From assembly GCF_009914755.1 (NCBI RefSeq), contig NC_060930.1: a DNA stretch of 64,000 nt; one strand, written 5' to 3'. The stretch's first letter is position 1. Each line of letters begins with the position of its first letter. The notes beneath the pieces are model-generated. The model was not told where the DNA came from. It worked only from the letters and a program-made list of their open reading frames with translations, and made no database searches. The translations under genes and the position numbers were made by a program. This document shows positions 44,434 to 57,129 of this stretch, piece by piece. This DNA is from the human T2T-CHM13v2.0 reference genome, Homo sapiens.

Positions 44434-45360
44434 GTAGGATGTTAGCCTCCAAGTCTCCCTCCAGGCAAGCTGTCCCAGAGGTCATAGAGCAGGAAGACTT
44501 GGACCAAATTAAAATGCTTGAATCACGTAACTTTTTAAAACATAGTTTGAGAAACAAAAGGGAACAGAAAAGAAAAGTGAGCCAGGGGAGAAGGTGATTT
44601 TTGTTTATTGCCTTTTGTATCTATTATATTCCCAGCACCACCTACAACACTGGTCCGGTACATAGCAGGTACTTTATGAAGATGTCCTGAATAGCTATAG
44701 GATATAAGTATGCAACCCTTTTGTAATTATTATAAGACAATGTCTTGGAAATCATAGCTAAAAACAAATCAAACGAAAGAAACTTAGTCTCATATTCTAT
44801 TGTCAAAAATTCTTCCATGATGGTATATGCAATAGAAGCTGTACTGGTGGATTTCTCCCATGTACAGGTTAGCACACAGGTAACATATGACCTACAGAGC
44901 TGCAGAGGATCTGTCTGCTTAGTGCTGAAGGCCACCACTTGATATAGAAAGTAGAAGTGGGGTGTCAGGGTGGTAGGGCCACTGGTCCACGGGACATACT
45001 GCTGGAATAGCAAGACTTGGACCCCTGCTTCTGTTTATCCTAAGGAAGTGACTGGTGCTCCTCTGATGATGCAATGCAAATGTCCTGCAGTCTAAGGGCT
45101 GTTGTCTGACATCCAGTCTCAATAAATATCTGTGCTGCCCCATCTCCATGAATTCTCCATATAAAGGCTATTTGAGAAGCCAGGCTGTGAGTGCTCTCCA
45201 CCATGTAGCCTTCACTGACAGAAAATCTGCTCAATGTTTTAATTTTAAAGGTAGATTATGGATTCTTTTATAATTAGTTGTAGAAAAGATCCTCTGGCAA
45301 TATGGTAGTTAGAACACATCTTTGCCACCCTTCGCTCTCAATTAAATATTCAACTCTTAC

Positions 45361-45406
45361 CTGCTAAGCAGGGGGAGCTTGGGGCACATGACTAAGCCTT
45401 AAAGTC
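45361..45406 (-). other. Candidate small non-coding exon (46 nt)
   Basis: Minus-strand acceptor 'ctctgctgatacttttatag|' and donor 'CAG|gtaaga'; stops in all frames. Confidence 0.15.
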
Positions 45407-45514
45407 CTATAAAAGTATCAGCAGAGGGGCCTATTATGATTTGGAGAGGGGTGGAATTAGATGAATAATCTAATAAAGAATAAACATCCCTGAAGAGCCA
45501 AGAAAATTATGTAG

Positions 45515-45596
45515 AATTTAAGTTGGTTGAGGCTAGGCTAGTGTTTTAAGTTGGTTGAGGCTAATTTAATTTAAGTTGGTTGAGGCTAGGCTAGTG
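45515..45596. repeat. Perfect complex micro-duplication (29 bp, 19-bp partial copy, 29 bp)
   Basis: aatttaagttggttgaggctaggctagtg at 45515-45543 and 45568-45596, with tttaagttggttgaggcta between. Confidence 0.95.
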
Positions 45597-45599
45597 AAA

Positions 45600-46750
45600 G
45601 AACTGTGCAGTCACTAGACTCAAATAAGTATAAAGAGCCACACCGTCTCGTGGATAATACCAAATAATAGAGGACCCATAAGTAAATCTAGGACCATATG
45701 GTACTTCATTTTGGCCAGGTGATATATTGATATGTTGGGAGAAAGGATTATTTAATAAATGGTAATGTCACAGAAGGCCATCTATTCAAAGAAATGAATT
45801 TGGGCCCCTTCATCACACCACATATGAAAGGAAATTTCAGGCCAATTAAAAGTTTTAAATGTAGTAAACTAAAAAAAATAGCAGATATATCTGACATCTA
45901 GAGGCTCGGAGACCTTGATAATCGACAGGTGACTACATGAAAATATTTGTATATGATGATACCATAAATAAAAAACAGCAGACAGCGGAAACTGATAGAC
46001 TAGAACAATATACATGCGACTCCCACAGTAGAGAAAAGGTTACTATCTGCCATAAATACGGCTTACACTGTGATTTGAAAACCCTACCTAATGTATGGGA
46101 GCAGAGAGAAATGCTCAATAAACAGATGAAACAAAATTTAAGTTACAAGAATATTTTGTTTTGGCTAATCAGACTCTGAACACAGTGAAATTCCTTTTTT
46201 TTTTTTTTTTGGGAAAAGGAGTCCTTTCATAAAATGAAAGCAAAAGTGTGAATTATTACAGCCTGAAATTAAGGAAATAAGTATAAGGACATATATTTTA
46301 CTCACACACAAAAAAATAAATAAATGCATATAAATATGTATACCCCTATTCACTGGATTGCTGTATATAGTCACACACACACACGCACAGGCACTCACAC
46401 CAAAATCTAGAAATATCAGTAACAAATCAATAGGCAAATGTTTAAATCAAAGCCATTGCAGCAGAGCATAGAATATTATGCAGTCATAAAAAATTTTTAA
46501 AAATAGAACTATAAAAATTACCTTTGAGAGAATGGCTATAAATGATTAAGAGAAACAAATTCAGAAGAAAAAAGAAAAAACTTATTTCTATGTGTGAGTG
46601 TGAATGCATGCCAGAGATATCAGAAAGGATTTTCACTAAAATGGTTAGCAATGGTTGTATCAGCAGTTTCTACTTCACCTTTTTTATATTGGTTAAGTGT
46701 TATATAATGAGAGTGCATTGCATTATTTGTCACATAAAATTTAATTTGAA
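45600..46750 (+). mobile_element. Old L1 (L1ME-like) fragments
   Basis: 'ggagaaaggattatttaataaatggt', 'cccttcatcacaccacata', 'gaatattatgcagtcataaaaa' are degenerate L1 ORF2/3' UTR motifs. Confidence 0.6.
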
Positions 46751-46884
46751 AGCTATTTCATTGCTAAAAGGCACTGGTATAACTATAACTTATTTTTCTC
46801 ATTTAAAAATATTCTATCAAAATAACATAGTGCTTCCACCAGGTGTGTGTCAAAAAAAGAAAAACAACAATTACTAATGCCTAT

Positions 46885-47200
46885 CATTTAAAAGGACTTT
46901 GATATAATTAAGCGAAAAAAAAAATAAAAGCAAAGCACGTTCTCTTTGTGCCTTCCAACTACACCAAGAATACAACAAAGACGGCAGAAGTTTGTCTGTA
47001 CATTTAATAAAGAAAACAAATTAAAGAGAGTGCTTTGCACTGGGACATTTGAATCCAGTGGCAGCTGCCAGATTAAAAAAATAAATAAAGAGCCATAGAT
47101 CAAGCTGCAGCTGCGTGCCTCCAACTCACTCCGCAGCACAGGCCCAAAGCCATTGTCAGTGCCCCTGGATGTGTGGGTGTCCTTCATTTCTCTTTGAATG
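46885..47200. promoter_or_regulatory. Possible enhancer (repeat-free, clustered SOX/TCF/E-box motifs)
   Basis: CTTTGAT, CTTTGT, AACAAAG, CATTGT, two CAGCTG including the palindrome tggcagctgcca (47059-47070); motif evidence only. Confidence 0.25.
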
Positions 47201-48135
47201 TGGCCAGGCCTCTTGAAGGAGAACACTAGGTGGCATGCCTACCAAGCTCTGAAACACCATTAACCACCAGGAAAAAATGCGATTAGGATTCTATTTGGAG
47301 ATCATATTTTCCCCTGTAGGCTAAGGAGGCATTCTCTAACACTGACAGGCTCTGAGTCTCTTTAGCCAGAAAATCAAAAAGTTTCTGTGAAGCCACTAGG
47401 TAGGACTTTTAGAAATAGAGTCGCTACATCCTCTAGGCTCCTGGGAAAGAACCTGTAGCTGAATTATTTTTGTGGGTCATCCGTAAAATGTTAATTGTGG
47501 ATTGTCAAACCCTTACTGCAGAGAGGACTTTCACAGAAACAGTTCTATTTCTGATAAATCAATTTTAGCAGAAGAGTCTCTTTTGACATGCTTAATTCAA
47601 TGAGCAAATTGTAATGGGCCTATCCCTTAAGACACTGGTGTTTGTGTGTTTGGGAGTGTTCGCTCAGCAATCTTGGCCCTGATGCTGGGGGAATTTGAAC
47701 CTGACAGGCCCAGAGGATGAGGCCAGCCCCTTTCCCTGGCCTATGGCTCCGGTGCTCCAGACACACACACCTGAGCTACCTCCCTTAAAGGTTGGAGGTC
47801 AATTAAATCCCTCAAGTACCTACTACCAAGCTATTTGTTTAAAGACTATTTTGGCCATTTTTTTGATCAGTAGGATATTGTCACGTGCTGCCAAAGTGCT
47901 GCAGGTGGACATGTTTGTGTGTTCTGAAGGACTTACATCATCCTGCAATGGTCAGCTTTATGACACAAAGAATGAGTGATAACTCAGTCTTCTCAGTTTT
48001 GTGTCGTTTGTGGTTTTGTTTGTGTTTATTTCTTTCCCTATCTGGGGTAAAAGCCTCAGTCCCTGATTCAGCAGCTTTCTATCTAGGTGTCTGATTTACT
48101 GAATTGCATCATCTCTTCCTCATCAGTGTTTTCGC

Positions 48136-48446
48136 TTGTTTGCTTGTTTGTTTTGAGTCAAGGGCTCTCCGTCTGTCACTGAGGCTGAGTGCAAGTGGTG
48201 CGATCACAGCTCGCAGCAGCCTCAAACTCCTGGCCTCGAGCGATCCTCCCACCTTTGCCTCTTGGGTAGCAGGGACTACAGGTGTGTGCCACCACACCTG
48301 ATGCCTGGCTAATTTTTAAAATTTTTTTCGTAGAGACGGAGTCTCACTATTTCCCAGGCTGGTCTCAAACTTCTGGCTTCAAGCAACGCTCCTGCCTCGG
48401 CCTCTCGAAGTGCTGGGATTACAGGTATCAGCCACTGTGCCTGGCC
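48136..48446 (-). mobile_element. AluJ
   Basis: J-type 'gatcacagctc...gcagcctcaaactcctgg', 'gtctcactat' and high divergence. Confidence 0.93.
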
Positions 48447-49227
48447 TCCCTTCAGTCGTAATTGCATTTTGAAAACTGGGCCTGCAGCTCTGTGGATACC
48501 ACACATGTTCTATTTGAGCCTATATTTCTCTGCTGGCCGAATTTCTTAGGAACCTGTGCCAATTGTTTTTCATCTTTGATCATCAGCCCGAACCATGCTG
48601 TGTCCACCTGAGGGGACGGTCCAGCATCTCTGTGCCATGGCAGACGGACTGCCGGGGCTCCACCTGGTTTTGGAACCTGCAGTTTGCACCATGGCTCTCC
48701 TGACTGCAGAGCCACCGGCAGCTGCTGTGTTTCCTCATTTCCTCTAACCCCAGTCTGTGGGGCCTTCCCCTTCAGCCTGCTGCAGAACCCATCCCTCTGG
48801 TCAGTTGAAAAATGTGGGTAACTGAGTTGGAGGTGGCATGAGGGGACTTTCTGGAAAAGGTCTAAAAGTCTGTCTAGAGGAGCGTATACATGTGTGTAGG
48901 TAAGAATGGCATCAAGTTGCACACTGAAGGTTTATGCCCCTTACTATATGTCAACAACAACCAAGAAAAGAATCACCTGCCAAAGTCAGTCACCACCTAC
49001 TTAGTTCCCTAGAGTTGCCACTGGCTCAATTCTTGAGCTTATGTATGTGCCAAGGGGAAAGGCTTCCTCCTCCACTCAGGTTTTGAACATTGTAAACACT
49101 ACCAAGCAGCAAACAGATAGAGCCTGAACGTGTGAAACTTAAATATCTATTTAGTGTTTGCCTCCTCTTCCCATTTTTTTTTCCTTTGACAGAAAAATTG
49201 TAGTAAGGGGACAGTGCTTTTTATCTT

Positions 49228-49232
<5 letters not shown>

Positions 49233-49270
<38 letters not shown>

Positions 49271-49271
49271 T
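49233..49271. repeat. (TG)n microsatellite
   Basis: About 19 units with one interruption. Confidence 0.97.
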
Positions 49272-49501
49272 AGCAAAGTCTACATCCTAGAAATGTATGC
49301 TGCATGCCACAGCTGGGGGCCTTTGTGATACATGTGATATGTGAAATTCATTGTAAAGGCATATTTGAGGTGATTTTTCCTTATTGTAATTCTCTGTGAA
49401 TTGGGAGCTGCACTGAGGAAGTGACAAGGATGAAATGATGGTTACTATGATCAGCCTGTTTTCCCCAACTAAACATTTTCACTTGGTTGAAAGCTACCAG
49501 A

Positions 49502-49710
49502 GACTACAGTCAATAATAACTTAATCGTACATTTAAACTTAAAGAGCGTAATTGCATTGTGTGTAACTCAAAGAAAAAATGCTTGAGGGGATGGATACCT
49601 CATTCTGCATCCTGTGCTTATTTCACATTGCATGCCTGAATCAAAACACATCATGTACCACAGAAATATGTACACCTCCTATGTACCCACAAAAATTACA
49701 AATGAAAAAA
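49502..49710 (+). mobile_element. L1MA1-3-type 3' end (5'-truncated L1)
   Basis: 'gactacagtcaataataactta...aatgcttgaggggatggatacc...tatgtacccacaaaaatt'; degenerate TSD gaaagctaccagag / gaaagtcatcagag. Confidence 0.88.
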
Positions 49711-50944
49711 GAAAGTCATCAGAGGTCTCGAATATACTATAAACATATGTGTTTACAGTCTCTTCAAACATATACCAAGAACCTTATTTAAATCTCACCA
49801 AAAAGAATTGTCGGCTCACAGGACAAGCTTAAGAGCTGTCCACTGTGATAATGTGACAATCCCAAACGAATCTTTTCTCCTCCTTTTTCATATTTCTCCC
49901 TTCCCCACATTGACTGAATGATATGTTGTCGGTTCCTTTTGTTCCAATCAGGTAGTTTTCAAAATTTCATGGCAGGGGAACTGAGTTAACCAATATATAC
50001 ATAGCCTAATTAGCTTTCAAGTTGGCTTTATGGGGCAAACAAGCAAGTGCGTTATACAACAGGGAACAGTGGGCTCCCCTCCCTCCTGTATCTCAATGAC
50101 TGGGCACACAAATGCATCCCCATATATTAACTGGACAACACAACAGCCCCAGCTAGACCAGAGATGGTAGACACCAAAGAGGACATCAGGGAACAGGCAA
50201 AATCCAAATAACATGATTCTAGTTTAAACTGGATTGGCCTCATTCTCAGGTGAAAATGGGTTTACACAATGCATCCCTGCAACATTTGTAAGCTTATTTG
50301 TTCCTTTACACCATGTTTCATTCAGAAAGAACGTGAAACAGCCCATAACAATACAAGCAAGTGAAGATATCTGTGGAGGGGAGTGGGCTGACCGAGGAAC
50401 AGAAGGGTAGGAAATGTTGACCCAGTCGGGGGTGACGTTCCAGTCCCAGGTCAGTTCCCGAAGTTTCATGTGCTTGCTAGAGGCAGGACACCTATTTGTT
50501 TCTAAGCTTTCCAGCAAGCATAGGAAAGGGAAGTGGGATTAATTACATAAATCACACAAACCATTTGCATATTTCTTTGCTATTTCTGGTACTGAAACCA
50601 AAGAATACAAGTGGATGCTTGGTGTTACCAACATCTGCACATGAGCTGAATAAGGATGATGGTCATATTGGCTCTGGAATCACTTACAGCTTCTACTTCA
50701 GATCATGGATTTCCACACATAGTAGGTATTAAATGCTTTTTGAATTTAACGGGACAAGGGAAGGTAATCAGAAAATGAAGAAAGAAAAAGAGAAATAAAT
50801 GCATAAAGAGGGTCAGGCTTGGACAAATATTGATACAGTTTTGTACAAGAACCATAGAATCCAACATGGTACATCTGAGATACAAAATAACAACAGCAAC
50901 CACAAAGAGAAACATGGGGAGAATCAGGGAAAGAAACTAAGAAT

Positions 50945-51170
50945 CATAAGTAGGAATCACTAAGTGGGAATCAGGTCCTAAGCAAATTGCTTTATGTGCA
51001 TTTGATTATTTATTCCATCATTGCTTGTCAGCTTCCAACTATCCCTGCCCAAGAGAAAAGTGCACAGACACACTCAGATTTAGGGGTAGGAGAGAAGTTG
51101 AGAATAAGAAAAGAGGTTCTGAAAGGTTAAGGATCTTGCCAAAGGTCACACATCTAGGAAGAGGAACTTG
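50945..51170 (-). mobile_element. MIR
   Basis: 'gaggttctgaaaggttaaggatcttgccaaaggtcacacatctag'. Confidence 0.65.
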
Positions 51171-51941
51171 GTTACCTTATCAAAAACAGGAAATCCATTC
51201 TCAGTTTGATAATGAGTCAGATATTGTACTGACTCATTATCCCAGAATACGTACAAACATTCTCAGTGATCTGAGTTCCTGGCGTATTTTCTTTTGTATT
51301 GCAATCTCACAAATAATGTGTAGAGAAAGAAAGGAACTGCATGCAAAGTGTGTTCTTTTTACACACTTACTTTGCATCCACCAGTTTCTACCCTGGACAA
51401 AGACAGGGGTTGGAGCTGTTATTTGCTGTATTACTGCTGTACTAGTCCCTTCTTGATGGTTCCAAATACACTACACTCTAGTCATTAAACACAGATGTTG
51501 CCTGGAGATCAAACGCTACACTTAAAATCATGATTCAATCTGCGTTTACATTTAGAATGGGTGTAAACTTGAGGAGAAATGCTGTATTCAGAGATATTGA
51601 AGACAGACTTATAAAATATAATAGAATTTTATATTACACGTAGAAGCGTCTCAGCCTGAGGACAAGTGGCACTAGCTGTAGTTGCCGTCACGCTGAAGCC
51701 TGTCTATGGAACTGGGCGGGGTGGATCTACCGGGAGTCTACTGACATGGGACAGTGAAGAACCACCTGGGAAAACATCACTGTGTGTCAGGAGGGTGTGC
51801 AGGCACCCAAGCATCATGCAAATCTAACACTTCAGTCTGAAACATGGGATGGCAAGTTACTACCACTCAGCCAGCTCCCATGGGCTCATCCCAGGATCCT
51901 CGCAGGAGTACACGGGAATTTTTCTCTTATTAAAACATGTG

Positions 51942-52097
51942 TGGGCATACCTCATTTTATTGCACTTTTACTTTATTGTAATTTGCAGATATTGCCCTTT
52001 TTACAAATTGATGTTCTGTGGCAAGCCTGCTTAGAGCAAGTCTATTGGCACCATTTTTCCAACAGCATATGCTCATTTTGTATCTCTTTGTCACACT
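51942..52097 (+). mobile_element. Tigger1 5' end fragment
   Basis: 'ggcatacctcattttattgcac...cagatattgc...tttttacaaattga...gagcaagtctattggcaccatttttccaacagcat' matches the Tigger1 left end. Confidence 0.9.
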
Positions 52098-53187
52098 GTC
52101 TTAAATTTAACCTTCAACTAAATAACTATTGTATTATTTGAAACGTTCAAGTAAACTAAAGTTTTGTGAAAACTGCTTTTCACCTACTTCTAAAATGCAT
52201 TATTATTGGGTCATTTCTGACACCTTTTTTTCTTTTTTTTGGTGCTTTTCTGCCGATTTGAAGAAATAATGATAAAAAAGAATTTCTATAAATGTAAGGA
52301 TACTTGGTTAATGTATATTTGCATTTCATTGACAAAATAACATTTTCCATAACCATGTGGTCTCAAGCAGATAAATTCCTGTCCAGAAGCACGGTGCTAC
52401 CTTCAGCATTTAAATGTCGGGAGGCCCAATGTGTTCTCACATTGAGAACCACATGCATTGGAAGGTGGCTGCTATTCAGATAGGGAAGATGTAAGAGGAT
52501 GGAGAACAAATGAGGTCCTAAGGAGACATGTAAGGCATTGGGAGTTCTTCTGCTGCAGAACCCAGGCTGCAGCCCAAAGGGATCTGAGAGACAGCTGCTA
52601 CTGACAGGGAACTCACACAGGCCACATGGAGCTGTTTCCCTGCCATCATCATCTTCTGGTGGGTCTCCTTGCTGACCCACTCTGAGGATAAGAAGGTGAA
52701 GGAGATGTCCTTGACAGATGGCAGCCTATGAAGTAGGTTTCTCTGTGTAAGAAAGTCACCTCCCCTCCTGTCTTGGTATGGGGAGGGAAAGACTGTAAGC
52801 CTCTCTGTCTTATAAAAATCAAAGATTTGTGGTTCCAAAATTATATGCCAAAGTATACATCTTGGAAGGAATTCAATATGGTGATAAAACTATAAGTTGG
52901 GAAACTAACAACCTTGGTCCTAGTCCCAGATCTGATCTGTCACTGCTGACTGCATGACCAAGGCAAGGCCTGTCTGATTTCTAAGCTTTGGGCTCAATAG
53001 CCATAAAACTTTACTAACACTTGAATTGCCGCAGTATGCCGCCCCTCGATCCCTACCATACACCCCATTTATGCAATAGCCAAGTAACTTTTTTCCAGCT
53101 CTTTCTTCCTAGTTTTAGAAAAATACACTTACTATTTCTAAAAATCCAAACAGGTGCACCTGACTGCCCCAGGGAGAATCCCCTGAA

Positions 53188-53391
53188 CTAGTGCTATCTA
53201 AGAGAATTTTCTGTTGACAGGAATGCTCTAAACTACAATGAATGCAGCAGCCTCTAGTTGCAACTGCCCAGTGAGTCCTTGAAATGTGGCCACTGTGGCT
53301 GATAATCTGACTATTTAATTTTCTTTAATTTTAATTCATGAAAATTTAAAAAGTCATATGTGCCTAGTGGCTGACATATTGGACAGTACAG
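53188..53391. mobile_element. MER3-like hAT-Charlie element
   Basis: 'ttgaaatgtggc...ttaattttaatt...catatgtgcctagtggct..catattggacag'. Confidence 0.75.
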
Positions 53392-53606
53392 CTCTGTATC
53401 AACTTTTGCTAATTAATGTACATATCCAGGATCTTGTACTTTATTTGTCCTTTTAATCAATCAAATCCAATATTCAATAAGCAAAAATTACCGATTGCAT
53501 AATAGGAGGCTTCACAAAAGGGCAGAGTCTAGTGAAGTAAAAAACATCCACTGTCCTCTCTTTCTCTTGATTACTTCCAACATTTACAAATTTGGGCTTG
53601 CCCCGC

Positions 53607-53971
53607 TGATATGGTTTGGCTGTGTCCCCACCCAATTATTAGTTCCCATAATCCCCATGTTTCACAGGAGGGACCTGGTGGGAGGTAACTGAATCATGTG
53701 GGCGATTTCACCCATGCTAGTCTCATGATAGGGATTAAGTTCTCATGAGATCTGATGGTTTTATAAGGGGCTTCTCCCTTCGTGCGGTTCTCATTTCTTC
53801 TCTCTCTTGCTGCCCTGTGTAGAAGGACATGTTGCTTCCCCTTCCACCATGATCGTAAGTTTCCTGAGACCTCCCTAGCCATGCGGAACTGTGAGTCAGT
53901 CAAACCTGTTTTCTTTATTATGACCCGGTCTCCGGTATTTCTTCATAGCAGCGTGAGAACGGACTAATACA
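53607..53971 (+). mobile_element. THE1 (C/D-like) MaLR solo LTR
   Basis: 'tgatatggtttggctgtgtccccaccc' ... 'gagaacggactaataca'. Confidence 0.93.
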
Positions 53972-54967
53972 TCCAGCCTCCTTTGACTTCCCTTTTGCTG
54001 ATCCCCACTGAAGTTAAAGATGCACATTTCACACGTGCTTTAAAGATTCTGAAATCTGCATGTTTGGAGTAGGCCAGGCAATATTGAGAAGTTTTGGTAT
54101 ATAAACCTTTGAGAAACTTAAAGTAAACCAATTTTCTCCACTTTTTAACAATACGAGTTTCTGTCTCCTAAATGAAGCATTTATTTCAAAACTCTTATAC
54201 ACAAAACTGTAATCTTAAAATAAGGGTGGGGGGGTGCTCCTGACTGCCTTGGTCTTCTGTTCTGACTAATCTTAACAAAGAAAGCCTCATCTAATAAAGA
54301 CAAAAGTGGCATCGTTATGAAACTTGTATTGGGCTCTGCTTCTGAACATATATACTGGCATTTTCCTAGATTTGTGATATTATTTAGTACATATTTCACC
54401 TAAACTATGTATTCCACAGCACATTTTCCAATGTTATGGATATTTTTTCTAAACTCATCTTAATTTTCCAAGTTCAATACAATGCATAGCCATTTGAAAA
54501 TGAATGCCCACTAAATTTCAAGCTGTACAAGGTAAACTTACTTTTTCCCCCCACTAAATGATAAACTTGAATAATATATAGAACCTAACATTTGTGCCAA
54601 TTCACTCTCCTGCCACCCCTTCTTCAAAATCATAGGTTTCCAAATAAAGGAAACAAAAACTTACGGCTGAATACCCTGCTCCAAATTAAACATAAAGTAA
54701 TCAAAGTCATTATTAAATGTTTTTCATGTTGTCGAAGGAAACAAAACAACAGGAAGGACAAGAGTTTAGGTCAAGAGGTTCCGGTGTTATCTGCGTCCTT
54801 CATTATAAGTGATTTCAAAATCTTTTTCCCTCCAGGAAAAACTAGTGAGTAACAGCTTAGTCTAAATGACAGCAGCTCTGTGGTACGAAGGGTCCACATT
54901 TCAGCTAATTTTCAGCTCTTCTTATCCTGATACCATGAGATGGAATTTAATAGATGGCTGGAACATC

Positions 54968-55025
54968 TATAACATGACATTTACCAAAGGATGTGTCAGC
55001 GGCATCCATGGCCTCAACAAAGATG
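54968..55025. repeat. Dispersed 58-bp direct repeat, copy 1
   Basis: 55/58 identical to 56946-57003. Confidence 0.95.
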
Positions 55026-55805
55026 GAGCCTTCAAAACATAAATCAAAGAAAAATATAAGAACATCTTAGAAGAAAAGGATGACAGTGATCCTGCACATT
55101 TAAAATATTTTAAATGCCTTAGGGACTCTACGGAGCAAGTAGTGTTAAAAATAATGATGTACCAACTAAAGATATTTAGCTCCCTGTTAAGAGAAGAGGC
55201 TATGTAGCAGAAGGAGAAAATCTTTAGATTTTTTTTTTCAAAACATGTGGTTTGAGAGCCCACCTCACACTGTTCCTTTGGTAATTCTCTTATTCTCTGT
55301 GAACCTTGTATAGTTTTCTTGGGTGTAAAATAGTCACAGGATTCCCAACCTTACCCAATTCACATGGTTATTAAATCAATAAAGACAATGTGTGTGAAAA
55401 TACTTTTTGAGCTGTAAAAGGCTCTACATGAAAAGCTTATGTAATAGAATATTAAATTGGAGGTTTCAATTAAAGCCAGATACAAGAGATACTATAAACC
55501 AAAAGAGGTGCTGATTGCCTATGTGAATTTACAAATCTAAACATCACTGACATAATTTTTTTAACAGACTTTTTTTTTTTTTTAGCAGTTTTAGGCTCAA
55601 AGCCAAATCAAGCAGAAAGTACATCCTTTTCTTCCAAACATGGGCTATTTTGAAACATCTCATGAACATCATATTTATAGATTGGTTTGTTGGAGTGAGT
55701 GGAGATAATGTTTGAAGGTGATTTCTTTGTGGAAGAAAAGGGCTTCTATGGAAAGACTCCACTCAGAGAGCTTGATATGGCTCTTCTAGAGTTAAGGAGA
55801 AACAG

Positions 55806-56208
55806 TGATATGATTTGGATCTGTGTCCCCACCCAAATCTCATGTTCAATTGTAATCTCCAGTGTTGGAGGTGGGGCATGGTGGGAGGTGGTTGGATCCT
55901 GGGAGCAGTTTCTCATGAGTGGCTTAGCGCCATCCCTCTGGTGCTGTTCTTGGGATGGTGAGTGAGCTTTCACAAGATCCGTTTGTTTAAAAGTGCGTAG
56001 CACCTCCTCCTCACTCTGGACAGGTAAAACATCTCACATCTCCTTTGCCTTCTGCGGTGACTGGAAGCTTCCTGAGGTCTCTGTAGAAGCATAAGCCACT
56101 ATGCTTCCTGTACAGGCTGGAGAACCATCAGCCAATTAAACTCCTTTTCTTTGAAAATTACCCAGTGTCAGGTACTTCTTTACAGTAAGGCAAGAAAGGA
56201 CTAATACA
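55806..56208 (+). mobile_element. MSTA/MSTB MaLR solo LTR
   Basis: 'tgatatgatttggatctgtgtccccacccaaatctcatg...tgttggaggtgggg' ... 'ggactaataca'. Confidence 0.93.
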
Positions 56209-56945
56209 GAGAGTGAGTTCGGGTCTGACCCGAGTCCCACTTGATAATGTTAAAGGCTAGCTACTTTGTTGGTATAGTTATATTGGGTTTAGTCTGTGAT
56301 CCCAGAGTTTGTTAAAACAAAATATGTATGAGAATGCCCAATGGAAAATGAAAAAGAGCTGCACTGAAACCACTTTAGTTTCTACCCAAGATGTCCTGGA
56401 AGACCAAGGAGACTCCAACAGAGAAAATCGGGGTGGATAACAGTGAAAAACCAGCAGCTGAGAAAGAAGTGATCACCGGAGGAGGAACATCAGTATATGC
56501 TTGGAGGTGAAGCAGACATTTCCTCTGGTGACCTCTAAACAACTTGTACAGGAGCCAATGAGATAAAGTTTGCTTTTCACACTTCCTACACTTGACAGCT
56601 TAAACATATCCCATGACAGTGTCAGCTGAGTGAGAACTTTCCTGTGCCCTCTTGCTAAGCTCCTAAATTGTGCTTCAACACTGAGGTATCAGAAACAGAA
56701 GAGAGCAAAATGGCAGTGCAGGGGAGCAAGTTCAAGGTGGGGAAGGACGGAGGATGCCCCCCACCCCAATATACACCACCCCTCCAGCAAGTGCCCAGCC
56801 TAATGCAGGCCCAGCAGGAGTACATGGCAAGCTTTTTATTTGTTTAGTTGGTTGTTTTCAAGAGACTGGACACTACTATGTACTGAAATAAAGCTGTAAT
56901 TGAAACTTAAAGTTATCCATTTGGCCCTGGGAGAAAATCTATTAA

Positions 56946-57003
56946 TATAACATGACATTTACCAAAGAATGTGTCAGCAGCATCCATGGCCTCAACAAAA
57001 ATG
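56946..57003. repeat. Dispersed 58-bp direct repeat, copy 2
   Basis: 55/58 identical to 54968-55025. Confidence 0.95.
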
Positions 57004-57129
57004 CTATCTGCCAGGAGGACATGGAAACTCCTTTAGAGGAGACAAAAGAATCCTCAGTAAAAGGAACCACCACCAGATACAGCGTGATGGGTTGTGCAGT
57101 TGAAGCTACAAAAGGTTTGTCTTGGACAT

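Noticed and set aside
48452-48922. Longest ORF (156 aa, minus strand)
   Set aside because: Non-ATG start inside an L1 3' UTR-like fragment, no recognisable domain, and no supporting exon structure.
51025-51456. 143-aa ORF
   Set aside because: Non-ATG start, and it runs through an antisense MIR (RLRILPKVTHLG is typical MIR translation).
56219-56233. Palindrome tcgggtc-t-gacccga as a nuclear-receptor element
   Set aside because: The half-sites are incomplete and the spacing fits neither IR0 nor IR1. A 7-bp arm palindrome is expected by chance.
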